The notes under the pieces: generated by a model
Told to the model about the DNA's origin: nothing
Databases searched by the model: none
The model's input: only the letters and a program-made list of their open reading frames with translations
Position numbers and translations under genes: made by a program
Shown here: in pieces, positions 1 to 14,441 of the stretch
How positions within the stretch are numbered: the stretch's first letter is position 1
Layout of the letters: each line of letters starts with the position of its first letter
Assembly: GCA_964016885.1 (NCBI GenBank)
Contig: OZ024748.1
Location: forward strand, 45,198,001 to 45,262,000
Length of the DNA stretch: 64,000 bases
Reading direction: 5' to 3'
From: Eledone cirrhosa
Taxonomy: Eukaryota

Positions 1-1249
1 AGCGTTGTCAACACCACCAGCACCACCACCAGCACCACTACCACTACTATCACCACCACTACCACCACAACTAACATCTCCACCATCTCCACCACCACCA
101 CCACCATCACCACCACCACAACTAACACTGATACCACCACTACCACTACCACTACCACCGTCACCACCTATACCACCACCTGCACCACCACCACCACCAC
201 CACCATCACCATCACCACCACCACTACCACCACCTTCACCACCACCACTACCACCACCTTCACCACCACCTTCACCACCACCTTCACCACCACCGCCACC
301 ACCACCACCAGCACCATCACTACCACTAACACTACCACCACCTTCACCACCACCACTACCACCACCACCACCACCACCACCGCCACCACCACCAACGACA
401 CTATCACCACCTTTACAATTAATTAGTAACACCAGTAGAAGAATGACCAATACAACCCCCCCCCCCACCACCACCACCACTAGACAGCAACAACAGCAGC
501 AACAGCAGCAGTAGGTGCATGGCCACTACCACCACGACGAAGCTCACCCCCCGCCACCACTATCACAACTACTAACACCACCATCAACTCACCAGCAGCA
601 GCAACAGCAGCAGCAGTACCACCTTCACCATTAAACATCTCCCACGTCTGTCACACTCACCACCACTGTCACCTTACCAGAACATTCTACCACCACCACC
701 ACCACCACCACCACCACCACCACCACCAACACTACCATAATCACTAGCACCCACACTAGCAACACCACCACCACCACCACCGCCACCACCACCACCACCA
801 CCACCACCACCACCACCACCACCACCACCACCACCACCACAACCATAATCACTAGCACCCACACTAGCAACACCACCACCACAACAACCACCACCACCAC
901 CACCAGCACCACCACCACCAGCACCACCACCACCACCACCAGCACCACCAGCACCGCCACCACCACCGGCACCACCACCAACAACACTACCATAATCAGT
1001 AGCACCCACACTAGCAACACCATCACCACCACCACCACCAGTACCACCACCAACACCACCAGCACCACCACCACCAGCACCACCACCACCAGTACCACCA
1101 CCACCAGCACCACCACCACCACCAGCACCACCACCACTACCATAATCACTAGCACCCACACTAGCGACACCATCACCACCACCACCACCAGTACCACCAC
1201 CACCAGCACCAGCACCACCACCACCATCACCACCACCACCACCACCAGC

Positions 1250-1280
<31 letters not shown>

Positions 1281-1540
1281 CCACCACCACCACCATCAAC
1301 ACTACCATAATCACTAGCGCCCACACTAGCAACACCAGCACCACCAGCACCACCACCACCACCACCACGACCACCATCACCACCAGTACCACCACCACCA
1401 CCACCACCACCACCACTACCACCACCACCACCACCATCAACACTACCATAATCACTGGCGCCCACACTAGCAACACCAGCACCACCACCACCACCACCAC
1501 CAGCAGAACCACAACCAGCACCAACACCACCACCACCCCA
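1..1540. repeat. Degenerate (CCA)n trinucleotide array with six interspersed copies of a ~30-bp motif (ccataatcactagcacccacactagcaaca)
   Basis: CCA/CCAGCA repeats read directly; the motif recurs near 735, 843, 990, 1140, 1305 and 1446. The Pro-, Val- and Gly-rich ORFs are its translations. Confidence 0.95.
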
Positions 1541-2112
1541 TGAAATTCCCCAACTTCCTGTCTCTGCCCACAACAAACACCACTACCACCCCACCAAATT
1601 CCCCAACTTCCTGTCTCTGCCCACAACAAACACCACTACCACCCCACCAAATTGCCCAACTTTCTGTCTCTGCCCACAACAAACACCACTACCACCCCAC
1701 CAAATTCCCCAACTTTCTGTCTCTCCCCCACAACAACCACCACCGCCACCCCACCAAATTGCCCAACTTTCTGTCTCTGCCCACAACAACCACCAACACC
1801 ACCCCACCAAATTCCCCAACTTTCTGTCTCTGCCCACAACAACCACCACCGCCACCCTACCAAATTGCCCAATTTCCTGTCTCTGCCGACAACAACTACC
1901 ACCACCACCACCCCACCAAATTCCCCAGCTTCCTGTCTCTGCCCATAACAACTACCACCACCACCACCCCACCAAATTCCCCAGCTTCCTGTCTCTGCTC
2001 ACAACAACTACCACCACCACCCCCCACCAAATTCCCCAACTTCCTGTCTCTGCCCACCACACCACGACCCCCCCCCACCAAATTGCCAAACTCCCTGTCT
2101 TTGCCCACAACA
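1531..2112. repeat. ~50-58 bp minisatellite (ccccaccaaattccccaacttcctgtctctgcccacaac...), about 10-11 copies
   Basis: Core aaatt(c/g)cccaactt(c/t)ctgtctctgcccacaac recurs with variable CCA spacers. Confidence 0.93.
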
Positions 2113-2182
2113 ATCCTCGCCGAACCTCTTAACTTCCTGTTACTTTCATGTTTTCTCACCAGCATTTGACCACATTTACACG

Positions 2183-4322
2183 ATATACCCAGGAACACCT
2201 ATACCCAGGACCACCTATACCCAGGAACACCTATACCCAGGACCACCTATACCCAGGAACACCTATACCCAGGACGACCTATACCCAGGACGACCTATAC
2301 CCAGAAACACCTATACCCAGGAACACCTATACCCAGGACGATCTATACCCAGGGCGACCTATATCCAGGAACACCTTTACCCAGGACGACCTATACCCAG
2401 GACGACCTATACCCAGGACGACCTATACCCAGGAACACCTATACCCAGGAACACCTATACACAGGACGACCTTTACCCAGGACGACCTATACCCAGGAAC
2501 ACCTATACTCAGGAACACCTATACTCAGGAACACCTATACCCAGGAACACCTATACCCAGGAACACCTATACCCAGGACGACCTACACCCAGGAACACCT
2601 ATACCCAGGAACACCTATACCCAGGAACACCTATACCCAGGAACACCTATACCCAGGACGACCTACACCCAGGAACACCTATACCCAGGAACACCTATAC
2701 CCAGGAGCACCTATACCCAGGGGGTCCTATACCCAGGACCAGCTATACCCAGGAACACCTATACTCAGGAACACCTATACTCAGGAACACCTATACCCAG
2801 GAACACCTATACCCAGGACGACCTATACCCAGGACGACTTATACCCAGGAACACCTATACCCAGGACGACCTATACCGAGGAACACCTATACCCAGAAAC
2901 ACCTATACCCAGGAACACCTATACCCAGGACGACCTACACCCAGGAACACCTATACCCAGGAACACCTATACCCAGAAACACCTATACCCAGGAACACCT
3001 ATACCCAGGACGACCTACACCCAGGAACACCTATACCCAGAAACACCTATACCCAGGAACACCTATACCCAGGACGACCTACACCCAGGAACACCTATAC
3101 CCAGGAACACCTATACCCAGGAACACCTATACCCAGGGGGACCTATACCCAGGACCAGCTATACCCAGGACCACCTATACCCAGGACCACCTATACCCAG
3201 GATCACCTATACCCAGGACGACCTATACCCAGGAACACCTATACCCAGGACGACCTATACCCAGGAACACCTATACCCAGGAACACCTATACACAGGACG
3301 ACCTATACCCAGGACGACCTAAACCCAGGAACACCTATACCCAGGAACACCTATACCCAGGACCACCTATACCCAGGACCACCTATACCCAGGATCACCT
3401 ATACCCAGGACGACCTATACCCAGGAACACCTATACCCAGGACGACCTATACCCAGGAACACCTATACCCAGGACGACCTATACCCAGGACGACCTAAAC
3501 CCAGGAACACCTATACCCAGGATGACCTATACCCAGGAACACCTATACCCAGGAACACCTATACACAGGACGACCTATACCCAGGACGACCTAAACCCAG
3601 GAAAACCTATACCCAGGACGACCTATACCCAGGAACACCTATACCCAGGACGACCTATACCCAGGACGACCTATACCCAGGAACACCTATACCCAGGACC
3701 ACCTATACCCAGGACCACCTATACCCAGGAACACCTATACCCAGGAACACCTATACCCAGGAACACCTATACCCAGGACGACCTAAACCCAGGAACACCT
3801 ATACCCAGGAACACCTATACCCAGGACCACCTATACCCAGGAACACCTATACCCAGGATCACCTATACCCAGGACCACCTATACCCAGGAACACCTATAC
3901 CCAGGAACACCTATACCCAGGAACACCTATACCCAGGAACACCTATACCTAGGAACACCTATACCCAGGAACACCTATACCCAGGACGACCTATACCCAG
4001 GACGACCTAAACCCAGGAACACCTATACCCAGGAACACCTATACCCAGGACCACCTATACCCAGGAACACCTATACCCAGGATCACCTATACCCAGGACC
4101 ACCTATACCCAGGAACACCTATACCCAGGAACACCTATACCTAGGAACACCTATACCCAGGAACACCTATACCCAGGACCACCTATACCCAGGAATACCT
4201 ATACCCAGGACCACCTATACCCAGGACCACCTATACCCAGGAACACCTATACCCAGGAACACCTATACCCAGGACGACCTATACCCAGGACGACCTAAAC
4301 CCAGGAACACCTATATCCAGGA
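2183..4322. repeat. 16-bp tandem minisatellite (cctatacccaggaaca), ~130 copies
   Basis: Units are read directly. The 620-aa ORF cycles YPGTP/IPRNT/YTQEHL every 48 bp, which is three 16-bp units. Confidence 0.97.
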
Positions 4323-4606
4323 TATCCGCTCAACGGCCCCCGGTCTGTGTTCTCCTCAATTAGTCCTAACCCACAACTTCCGAGTCTGCTTTCATCTACC
4401 AATATCACCCCCCCCCCCGTCTCTAGTCATAGTATCTAATCTATATACACCATTGTTATTCTTGTTGTTGTTGGTCAAAATACTAAGTGAGACAAATGCG
4501 TGGATATTAAAATTGTATATACAGACATATAAACATTATATGTATATATATAATTCAAGAAAGAAGAGTGACATGGTTCGCTATTCAATAAGGGCTTTAT
4601 TCACAT

Positions 4607-4716
4607 TGCTGACAATTGTTTCTTTGATCTGGTAGGTCTAGAGTTCGCTACCAGCCTGATTTTGCGTCAATCGATCTCCAATACTTTGTTTATAACCAGT
4701 CGTTTTCATCAGAGCA
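4607..4716 (-). ncRNA. Type I hammerhead ribozyme with a long stem II insertion
   Basis: Minus strand: UGCU-CUGAUGA-(~80 nt)-GAAA-CAAUUG-UC-AGCA. Stem I UGCU/AGCA, palindromic stem III ACAAUUGU, GUC triplet, AAUAAA downstream. Confidence 0.7.
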
Positions 4717-4781
4717 CGCGAAATGAAGAATATACACAAGGCATGGCTTTATATAGGAGTGGTATTAAACCAGAACAATAA

Positions 4782-4890
4782 TTGTTTCTACTTTTGGCAC
4801 AAGGCCAGCAATTACCCAGTGCATTACTGGTACTTTATTTTATCGACCCCATAAGGATGAAAGGCAAAGTTAACCTCGGCGGGATTTGAA
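4782..4890 (-). mobile_element. 5'-truncated tRNA-derived SINE
   Basis: Shares body and tail with full copies (e.g. 41936-42125); flanked by the direct repeat aaccagaacaataat (TSD). Confidence 0.9.
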
Positions 4891-4947
4891 CCAGAACAAT
4901 AATATCAATAATAAAATAAAATAACTAGATAGCAAATAGTTAAAATA

Positions 4948-5126
4948 ATTGTTTCTACTTTTGGCACAAGGCCAGCAATTTACAGTACATTACTGGTACT
5001 GTATTTTATCGACCCCGTAAGGATGAAAGGCAAAGTCAACCTCGGCAGTATTTGAACTCAGAATGGAAAGGGCCGTAACTCTATGCATCAAAGCATGACG
5101 TCCGACCCTCTACCGATACTGCCAAT
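4948..5126 (-). mobile_element. tRNA-derived SINE
   Basis: Same family; A box TGGCAGTATCGG and B box GAGTTCAAAT on the minus strand; flanking ttaaaataat repeat. Confidence 0.9.
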
Positions 5127-5900
5127 TTAAAATAATAATAACATCAATATAAGTAAGAAATAGAGTATAATGATGAATCTAGCGTGTTAAACAAGCTGAT
5201 ATGATACAGATGTATGAAATTGACATGTGAAAACTGCTATAGGGCACATTAGATATAGTGTTAAGGTGTCGACGAGATAACAGTAACCACTAAAATGTAC
5301 TTAGAGACAGGATTTATGAGGTATCCACTGTGCTGTAGGCGTGCTGGCAATAAACCGGAGTTTTACTTGTTGTTTGACAGATAAACATTTTCGTTTTATT
5401 ATTAATTTAGTGAGGATGGTGGTTTTTAGGTGGTGTTAAGTGGAGTTGTAGATTCGTTATTTAAGTGGACTATACTAAAGGTAGGGATTGTTTGTTCGAA
5501 TCATAGGGGTTTAGTTTTCACAGCATCAATAACAAATCGTGTATAAATAAGACAGTAATAACAACAATAATAGAAACAATAAAGGTAATAAAATAGTAAA
5601 TTATGCAAGGTAGATGTAGAGAACATGATGAATAATATTAGGGATACATTGATATGTTCATAATAATAATAATAATAATGGTTTCATTTATTAGCCACAA
5701 GGGCCGACATGTAGGGGACAATACAAAGACAGGGACAGTGGGGGTTTACAATAAGGTCGAGTAAAAATGCACAATGGCAAGGCTAATTTAACAATGAAAA
5801 TATAAAAATATAAAATAAACTATGCATAAATATAATAATAATAATAATAATAATAATAAGAGGAAAGTAAGATTTCAAGGAGTGTAGGAGTAATAAGATA

Positions 5901-6088
5901 ATTGTTTCTACTTTAGGCACAAGGCCAGCAATTACCCAGTGCATTACTGGTACTTTATTTTATCGACCCCGTAAGGATGAAAGGCAAAGTCAACCTCAGC
6001 GGGATTTGAACTCAAATCGTAAAGGGACGTAACTATTCTGGAAAGCATGGCGTCCGACCCTCTACCTATACCGCCAATTCACCGCCAT
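5901..6088 (-). mobile_element. Full-length tRNA-derived SINE
   Basis: Same family; TSD gtaggagtaataagataat on both sides. Confidence 0.92.
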
Positions 6089-6422
6089 TAGTAGGAGTAA
6101 TAAGATAATGTACTTAGAATTAATTCATCTGTTAGAGATCATGAGTGCTAATGAGGGATATAATTGTTTGGTCCGAAGGAGTGAATAACAGCAAAGATGG
6201 GATTGATTTATGAGCTGATAAGATAGGTGTAGACATTACTGCCACATCCCAGTGGTGTATAATTAGGGAGGCTAGAAGGTATTTATAGAAGATTATGGTT
6301 CTGTAGTGGGCTGTGTGAGAATGCGGATTTCATATGTTAAAAGCTAAGTGATGTTCGTTCGAATCACGGTGGTTTAAATTTCGCTAATTTTGTAGCAATC
6401 CTATGTCTGCAGAAAATTGACC

Positions 6423-6535
<113 letters not shown>

Positions 6536-6570
6536 TATTAATAAAATAGATGTTCTTTTGATCAATTACA

Positions 6571-6621
6571 TTTTATTATACATATTTCGGATGTACAACA
6601 GTACGTCCTCATCAGACAAAA
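6571..6621 (-). ncRNA. Type I hammerhead ribozyme in a PLE terminal-repeat fragment
   Basis: Minus strand: UUUUGU-CUGAUGA-GGACGUACUGUUGUACAUCC-GAAA-UAUGUA-UA-AUAAAA; related to 21027-21090 and 55551-55620. Confidence 0.75.
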
Positions 6622-6746
6622 TATAATGATATATGACATACCCTGAGATGTTAAATGGTTAAAAATTATTTACCGTTGAGTGCTTCCAATCTACTGTAAA
6701 AATCATTCTTTGACATAATCATCGAATATTGTTTAACAATTTAATA

Positions 6747-6804
<58 letters not shown>

Positions 6805-7012
6805 TACACGGGTGTGTATGATTGTGTATAGAAGATTATAATAATAAAAGGAATTTGTCAGATTTACTCGTTTTATTTACAATCCTTTAAAATTATAATG
6901 ATATTATAATGAATTAGTATGGTAGAATATTAAATGTTAAATGTTAATTGAACAAGTACTTTCATGCTTTCGCAATCTCCAGGTTCATATTCAGGGATGA
7001 CAGTCAAGTTGG

Positions 7013-7083
<71 letters not shown>

Positions 7084-7253
7084 AGAATTAGTATATCTAG
7101 TAACATATATATACACACAGATGCATACTTATGGTAGCAAATATATAGGTTTTGTCTTAGTAACTTTGTGGTTCAATGCATGGGGTTGCAGAACAATAAT
7201 ATGAGAGACGTAAAATAAGAAAATTATAAAATTAACTAACTTACTAAAATTTC

Positions 7254-7336
7254 ACTCCCAACTAATTAGTTTCTGAAAGGGAATAAACATACTTTCCGAA
7301 GAAGTGTACAGAGAAACCTTTCGTCATCAGGGAAGT
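7254..7336 (-). ncRNA. Type I hammerhead ribozyme
   Basis: Minus strand: ACUUCC-CUGAUGA-C-GAAAGG...CCUUUC-A-GAAA-CUAAUUAG-UU-GGGAGU. Stems I and II pair; stem III is palindromic (ACUAAUUAGU). Confidence 0.75.
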
Positions 7337-7454
7337 CTATTCTCAGCTAAGTTTCCAGGCAATACGTGGACACAGGGAACTTATACAAAAATAATTCAGT
7401 GGATAGAAAAAAGCAAAGCGTGGACTTTTTTCTATCCACTGAATTATTTAAAAA

Positions 7455-9010
7455 ATAAACGCAACCATGCCTCTCCTGGTCTTGATGGGGTTACGTACCT
7501 GCTTCTTAAACGTGGTGGGTACTTCCTTCTGCACCAGCTATCACGCTTCTTCCAATTCTGTCTGAACAACGGTGCTACTCCAGAACAGTGGAAAACTGTC
7601 AGTGTCTTTCCTCTGTTCAAAAAGGGTGACCGCACATCGCCTGTGAACTATCGGCCAGTCAGTCTTACTAGTTGCATTACCAAACTGATGGAATCCTGTG
7701 TCAGAGAAACACTTTGGAACTTCTGGAACTCTCACAGTCTTATCCGGCCCTCGCAATTTGGATTTATCCCCAACTTCAGCTGCTGTGATCAACTTATCGA
7801 GTTTCTTGAAGAGATCACCCGGATCACTGATGGCGACTCATGGGTGGATGTTGTTTACCTTGACTTTGCGAAAGCCTTCAATTCTGTGCCACACAAAAGG
7901 CTTATGGCAAAACTCTCTGCAATGGGTGTGAAGGATGATCTTTTTAACTGGTTGAAGTCCTTCATTCTCAGTCGAAGAGAGGTAGTCACGGTTCTGGGAC
8001 AGCATTCCTCAGCATATGAGATGTCATCTGGTGTACCACAGGGATCTGTTCTTGGCTCCCTTTTGTTTGTGGCATATATTAATGAGATAAATGCTAACTT
8101 AAAGAATGCCAGATGACATCAAGCTGTACCTTGAGATAAAAAGGACAGATCCTGAACACTATAGATTTTGCTTGCATTCTGACCTGGATGCAACACTGGA
8201 TCTCAGACTGGCAACTCAAGCTAGCTGTGTGCAAGTGCACCACCATGCATTTTGGGAGTAAAAACCCAGCGTCCACATACTCCCTCCACAGCACTAATAT
8301 CAAGAAGTCTTCTTGTGAACGTGACCTGGGCATTACGGTCAGCAGCGATTTGCGTTCGACGAAGCACGTCTCTAAAATTGTCAAGAGGGCTAAGGGTGTC
8401 TTAGCATCACTCAGCAAGACCTTAGTCAGCCGCTCTCCAGCTATCTATTTAAGGCTGTACATGGCTATGGTGCGGCCACACTTAGAATTTGCATCACCAG
8501 TCTGGAACCCCTATCTTGCTCAAAACATTGGCCGCCTGGAAACTGTTCAGAGACGTGCAACCAAACGAATACCCTGCATCAGGCATCTACCATACTCTGA
8601 ACGCTTGCTTCCCTGGGCATGGATATATTGAAGCTCCGACGCCTGGCAACTGACTTGGTAAACACCCACAAAATTATTAACCATCTTGCCAACAACGACA
8701 ACCCTGAGTACCTTTTTGATTTCCATGTGTCTAACACAGGTGGGCATGCCCACAAAGTCAGAAAACAGCACAGCTCCCATGACTTTCGGAAACATTTTTT
8801 TACGCTCAGAGTTGCTGAAGCATGAAACAAACTCCCTGCATCTGTTGTTAGCTGTCGAGACACTGCATCCTTTAAAACCTCCATACTTCCTTAGATTTGT
8901 CAACACTACACCTAATGTCCCCCCTCCATACACATACACACATGTATATCATGACTCATACACTATTCACTTCCCTGACATTTGTATATTATTCTATGCA
9001 CAATGTACTA
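7455..9010 (+). mobile_element. 5'-truncated CR1/L2-group LINE (reverse transcriptase, frameshifted)
   Basis: Motifs SPGLDG, PLFKKGDR..NYRPVSLTS, QFGF, YLDFAKAFNSVPH, SGVPQGSVLG, ADDIKLY (shifted frame), VRPHLEFASPVWNPY, LETVQRRATK. Several frameshifts. Confidence 0.93.
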
Positions 9011-9208
9011 TGTACACTGGGTAATTGCTGGCCTTGTACCTAAAGTAGAAACAATTATTCTATGTACTATACATGCACCTTTGACGAGTTGTAGTGCACC
9101 TGAGCACTTTTAGGTAATTGCTGGCCTTGTGCCAAAAGTAGAAACAATTATATATACACATACATATATAACTATTATTGGAGATAACTTTGTTTATATA
9201 TATGAATA

Positions 9209-9295
<87 letters not shown>

Positions 9296-9447
9296 CCCAT
9301 TACTTTCATTTACATATCAGATGTCTGGCATTAGATTTAGTTATAATATTTATATATTTCATTTATTTTAGAAAAATGAATTAAATGTGTCAAACGTTCA
9401 AATGAAAAATAACACGAAAGTCTTTCCAAACACACACACATATGCGC

Positions 9448-9540
<93 letters not shown>

Positions 9541-9559
9541 CACTCACACACACACACAA

Positions 9560-9594
<35 letters not shown>

Positions 9595-9654
9595 CACTCA
9601 CACACACACACACACTCAAACACACACACATATATATATATAATTATATACACA

Positions 9655-9727
9655 GGATGTCCCCCACGAAGGTGTATAGAAACTTTGATTACCTGTACAG
9701 GCAAGATTTATTAAAATGGTGTTGAAG
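9655..9727 (+). mobile_element. Probable Tc1/mariner-type DNA transposon end fragment (second copy at ~23256-23400)
   Basis: Starts caggatgtcc next to a TA-rich flank; shares ttgattacctgt(a/g)caggcaa.atttatta.aatg.tgttgaag with 23285-23330. Confidence 0.5.
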
Positions 9728-9787
9728 AATGTATATATTTTTTCTCTCTCTCTCTCTTTTTCTCTCCCCTCTGCCTCTCTCTCTCTA

Positions 9788-9841
<54 letters not shown>

Positions 9842-9882
9842 ACAACATATATATATATATATGGATATATATATATATAATA

Positions 9883-9920
<38 letters not shown>

Positions 9921-9938
9921 ATATATATATATATAATA

Positions 9939-9972
<34 letters not shown>

Positions 9973-10231
9973 GGATATATATATATATTATAAATATATA
10001 TATATATATAATAAATATATATATATATATAATAATTCCTGCTCTATATAACCACCTTTGTTTAGCTTTAGTTTTTGCATTGGACTATATTTGTAATATG
10101 GTTCAAAATGTTATTCACTTCCTTAGCAATTTTTACTTGATATTTTCCTATGCTTTAATGTTCTTAACACTCCATATTCTTCTTAGATTTTTGGCTTGTA
10201 TTGGCCGATAGTGCTTCTTATAGCTTTAATT

Positions 10232-10269
10232 GCCCTGATGAGTCCTTAATAGGACGAAACATTGTTGGC
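10232..10269 (+). ncRNA. Minimal type I hammerhead ribozyme
   Basis: GCC-CUGAUGA-GUCCU-UAAU-AGGAC-GAAA-CAUUG-UU-GGC, followed by AAUAAA. Confidence 0.85.
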
Positions 10270-10416
10270 TAATAAAGACTTTTGATGTATTGAAGGCTTC
10301 TTTCGTTTATTTTCATAATTCTTCGGCTCTGTTTAATTACATTGAGCTATACCTTTACTGTCATTTCTATAATAGGAAGAGGGTGTGTAACTCCAACACA
10401 CTCTAGTATTTCAATT

Positions 10417-10503
<87 letters not shown>

Positions 10504-10859
10504 GTCTTCTTTATTTATAAATATTTCTTTACATATTTGTATATATTTCAATGTTTGTAAGTACAAAACTGAAATACCTATAAAACATATACTCCATTAC
10601 CTACAGACTTACATATACATATCGACATACAGAGACACTTATACATACATACGTACTCACACATACATACGTACACATTGTTACAGACACAACGTACACA
10701 TTTATACAGACGTACGTACATAGAGAGATACAGACATACATACACATTCATATACACATATGAACATATGAACACATTCACACAGACATACATACACATT
10801 CGTATAGACATACATACATATGCATACAGGCAGAACTACACATTTTTACAGACATACAT

Positions 10860-12390
10860 ACACATTAATAATTAATACATACACACATACACATTAATAC
10901 ATACATACATATTTATACATACATACACATTAATACATACATACATATTTATACAAACATACATACACATTAATACAGACATACATACACATTAATACAT
11001 ACATACATATTTATACAAACATACACATTTATACAGACATACACATTTATACATACATACATATTAATACAGACATACATACATATTAATACAGACATAC
11101 ATACATATTAATACAGACATACATACACATTAATACAAACATACATACACATTAATACAGACATACATACATACACATTAATACAGACATACATATTAAT
11201 ACATATATACACATTAATACATACATACACATTAATACCTACATACATACACATTAATACAGACATATATACACATTAATACATACATACGCATTAATAC
11301 ATGCATACACATTAATACAGACATACATACACATTAATACATACATACATATTAATACATACATACATACACCTTAATACATACATACACATTAATACAT
11401 ACATACGCATTAATACATGCATACACATTAATACATACATACATACACATTAATACATACACATTAATACATGCATACACATTAATACATACATACACAT
11501 TAATACATACATACACATTCATACAGACATACATACATATTAATACATACATACATACACATTTATACACACATACATACACCTTAATACATACATACAT
11601 ATTAATACATACATACATACACATAATACATACATACATACACATTAATACATACATACATACACATTAATACATACATACACATTAATACATGCATACA
11701 CATTAATACATACATACACCTTAATACATACATACATACACATTAATACAAACATACATACACCTTAATACATACATACACCTTAATACATACATACATA
11801 CACATTAATACAGACATATATACACATTAATACAAACATACATACACCTTAATACATACATACACATTAATACCTACATACATACACATTAATACAGACA
11901 TATATACACATTAATACATACATACGCATTAATACATGCATACACATTAATACAGACATACATACACATTAATACATACATACACCTTAATACATACATA
12001 CATACACATTAATACAAACATACATACACCTTAATACATACATACATACACATTAATACATACATACAAATTAATACATCCATACACATTAATACATACA
12101 TACATACACATTAATACATACATACATACACATTAATACATACATACATACACATTAATACATACATACATACACATTAATACATACATACATACACATT
12201 AATACATACATACACATTCATACAGACATACATACATATTAATACATACATACATACATACATACATACATACATACATACATACATACATACATACATA
12301 CATACATACATACATACATACGTACATATTAATACATAGATACATACACATTTATACAGACATACATACGTTCCTACATACATACATAGC
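10860..12390. repeat. Compound (ACAT)n microsatellite punctuated by ATTAAT
   Basis: acattaatacatacatac-type units of variable length. Confidence 0.95.
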
Positions 12391-12638
12391 CATACACCTC
12401 CACACTCCTACATAACAGAGAGAAAATATATGGACAAATATAACGTAGTTTAACAGAAGAAAATCTTTTTAAGTGCAAAGTACAAAAGTTGAATAAATGT
12501 AAAAAAGATTTAGTAAGAAAATAGCTCCAAAGATATACAAATATAGAACTTATCTGAAAGGAAACTTGAGAAGAAAATTAAGCTACGTATTTGAATTGAT
12601 AAAAATGGAATATACTCTATATGTGTAGATAACGTCTA

Positions 12639-12728
<90 letters not shown>

Positions 12729-12741
12729 CATATATATATAT

Positions 12742-12787
<46 letters not shown>

Positions 12788-12929
12788 AGTTTATGTTGGT
12801 TGTATACCAACACCTCAGTATGCAGGCTGGAGCACTCGACGAAGTGCGCAGGTTGGTTTGGTTACTCCGGAGTAGTGTAAAATAAAGTTAAATAAAAGTC
12901 AAATGATTAAAATTTAGCTTCGTTTATTA

Positions 12930-12982
12930 CTGCTATATATATTTCAGTGACAGCCATCTTTGGCTGTGACCTCTTCAGGCAG
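12930..12982 (-). ncRNA. Type I hammerhead ribozyme
   Basis: CUGC-CUGAAGA-GGUCACAGCCA-AAGA-UGGCUGUCACU-GAAA-UAUAUA-UA-GCAG. Confidence 0.8.
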
Positions 12983-13972
12983 TTTGAATTAGTATGGTAT
13001 AGACACTTTTAATTTACCAGATTTCTGACTTTAAAGTTCCAATCTTAAATCTTGATTTCTCTATATTAATTTGTTATTTGTTTTCTGCCCTCTTCACTGT
13101 ATAACCTTATATTTATATTTATTTTAAGTTGAGATAGATTATAACACAAACACATTGAATATCTCATCTTAACATCTTGTATCATACCAATCTATCCAAC
13201 ATATTCTGACCTTGAGATTGGTTATAGCACACACACACACACACTTTATCCTACATTATTTCTCACTTCTCCATATACATTATCATTACTTTTTCACCAA
13301 TCTCTCATTTACTCTTTATTCTTTATTCTCTATTTATTTATTTATTTTCAAATTACACAAATTATATTAATTATTTTATTTTATTATATTATTTATTTAT
13401 CTTCTGTTTTCTTCATTTATTGCCTTATATTTCTTCATATACATGAAATAACCCCCCCCCCCCGCCACCACCACTACGATGGTGGCGGGTGGGATGAAGA
13501 GAAAACACAAACTGAATACTTCTAAATTGTTAGCAGCAGCAAGATATCAGCTGACCACTACAACAACAACAGTACCAAAATAATGGTGGAGGTCAAATGT
13601 ACTGAACAATAGCAGGCATAAACACTACAGGGAGCCTCACCCCAGAAAGAATTCTATAGACTTCTGACTGAGGAATGCTCTCAGAACTGAACAATGGGAA
13701 GTTTGACACATTTTTTGATATTTTGTTCCTTCAACACCTTGTCCCTTCTACCATTTTATCAATTTTTAAGCTAACTCCAACAATGACAACACTAATAACT
13801 GACCAATGAGAGGAGAAGGGGACCTGTGACACTAAAATTCGTTTGTTTGAATTCATATGACTCCAGTTCCCCAGTGAATTAACAACCCAACAAGGAACTG
13901 GGCATATCAGAGTATTGACAATATCATACACCTAAACAACATATGTACTTGTCTATACCATACTAATTCAAA

Positions 13973-14025
13973 CTGCCTGAAGAGGTCACAGCCAAAGATG
14001 GCTGTCACTGAAATATATATAGCAG
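13973..14025 (+). ncRNA. Type I hammerhead ribozyme (inverted copy of 12930-12982)
   Basis: ctgcctgaagaggtcacagccaaagatggctgtcactgaaatatatatagcag, followed by aataaa. Confidence 0.8.
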
Positions 14026-14070
14026 TAATAAACGAAGCTAAATTTTAATCATTTGACTTTTATTTAACTT

Positions 14071-14135
<65 letters not shown>

Positions 14136-14152
14136 CATATATATATATATAT

Positions 14153-14277
<125 letters not shown>

Positions 14278-14303
14278 CATACATATATATATATATACAT
14301 ACA

Positions 14304-14441
<138 letters not shown>

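Larger units (their letters stand above)
12782..14077. mobile_element. Non-coding PLE-type insertion with ~128-bp inverted arms (12878-13005 / 13950-14077), each with an HHR, between (TA)n tracts
   Basis: The arms are reverse complements; the left arm carries an extra ~95-bp tail (12782-12877). Confidence 0.8.

Noticed and set aside
2148-4010. 620-aa ORF
   Set aside because: It is the translation of a 16-bp satellite cycling through three frames, and the array continues past the stop.
7304-7455. N-terminal 50 aa of the 270-aa RT ORF as part of the LINE
   Set aside because: It overlaps a minus-strand HHR; RT similarity starts near NHASPGLDG.
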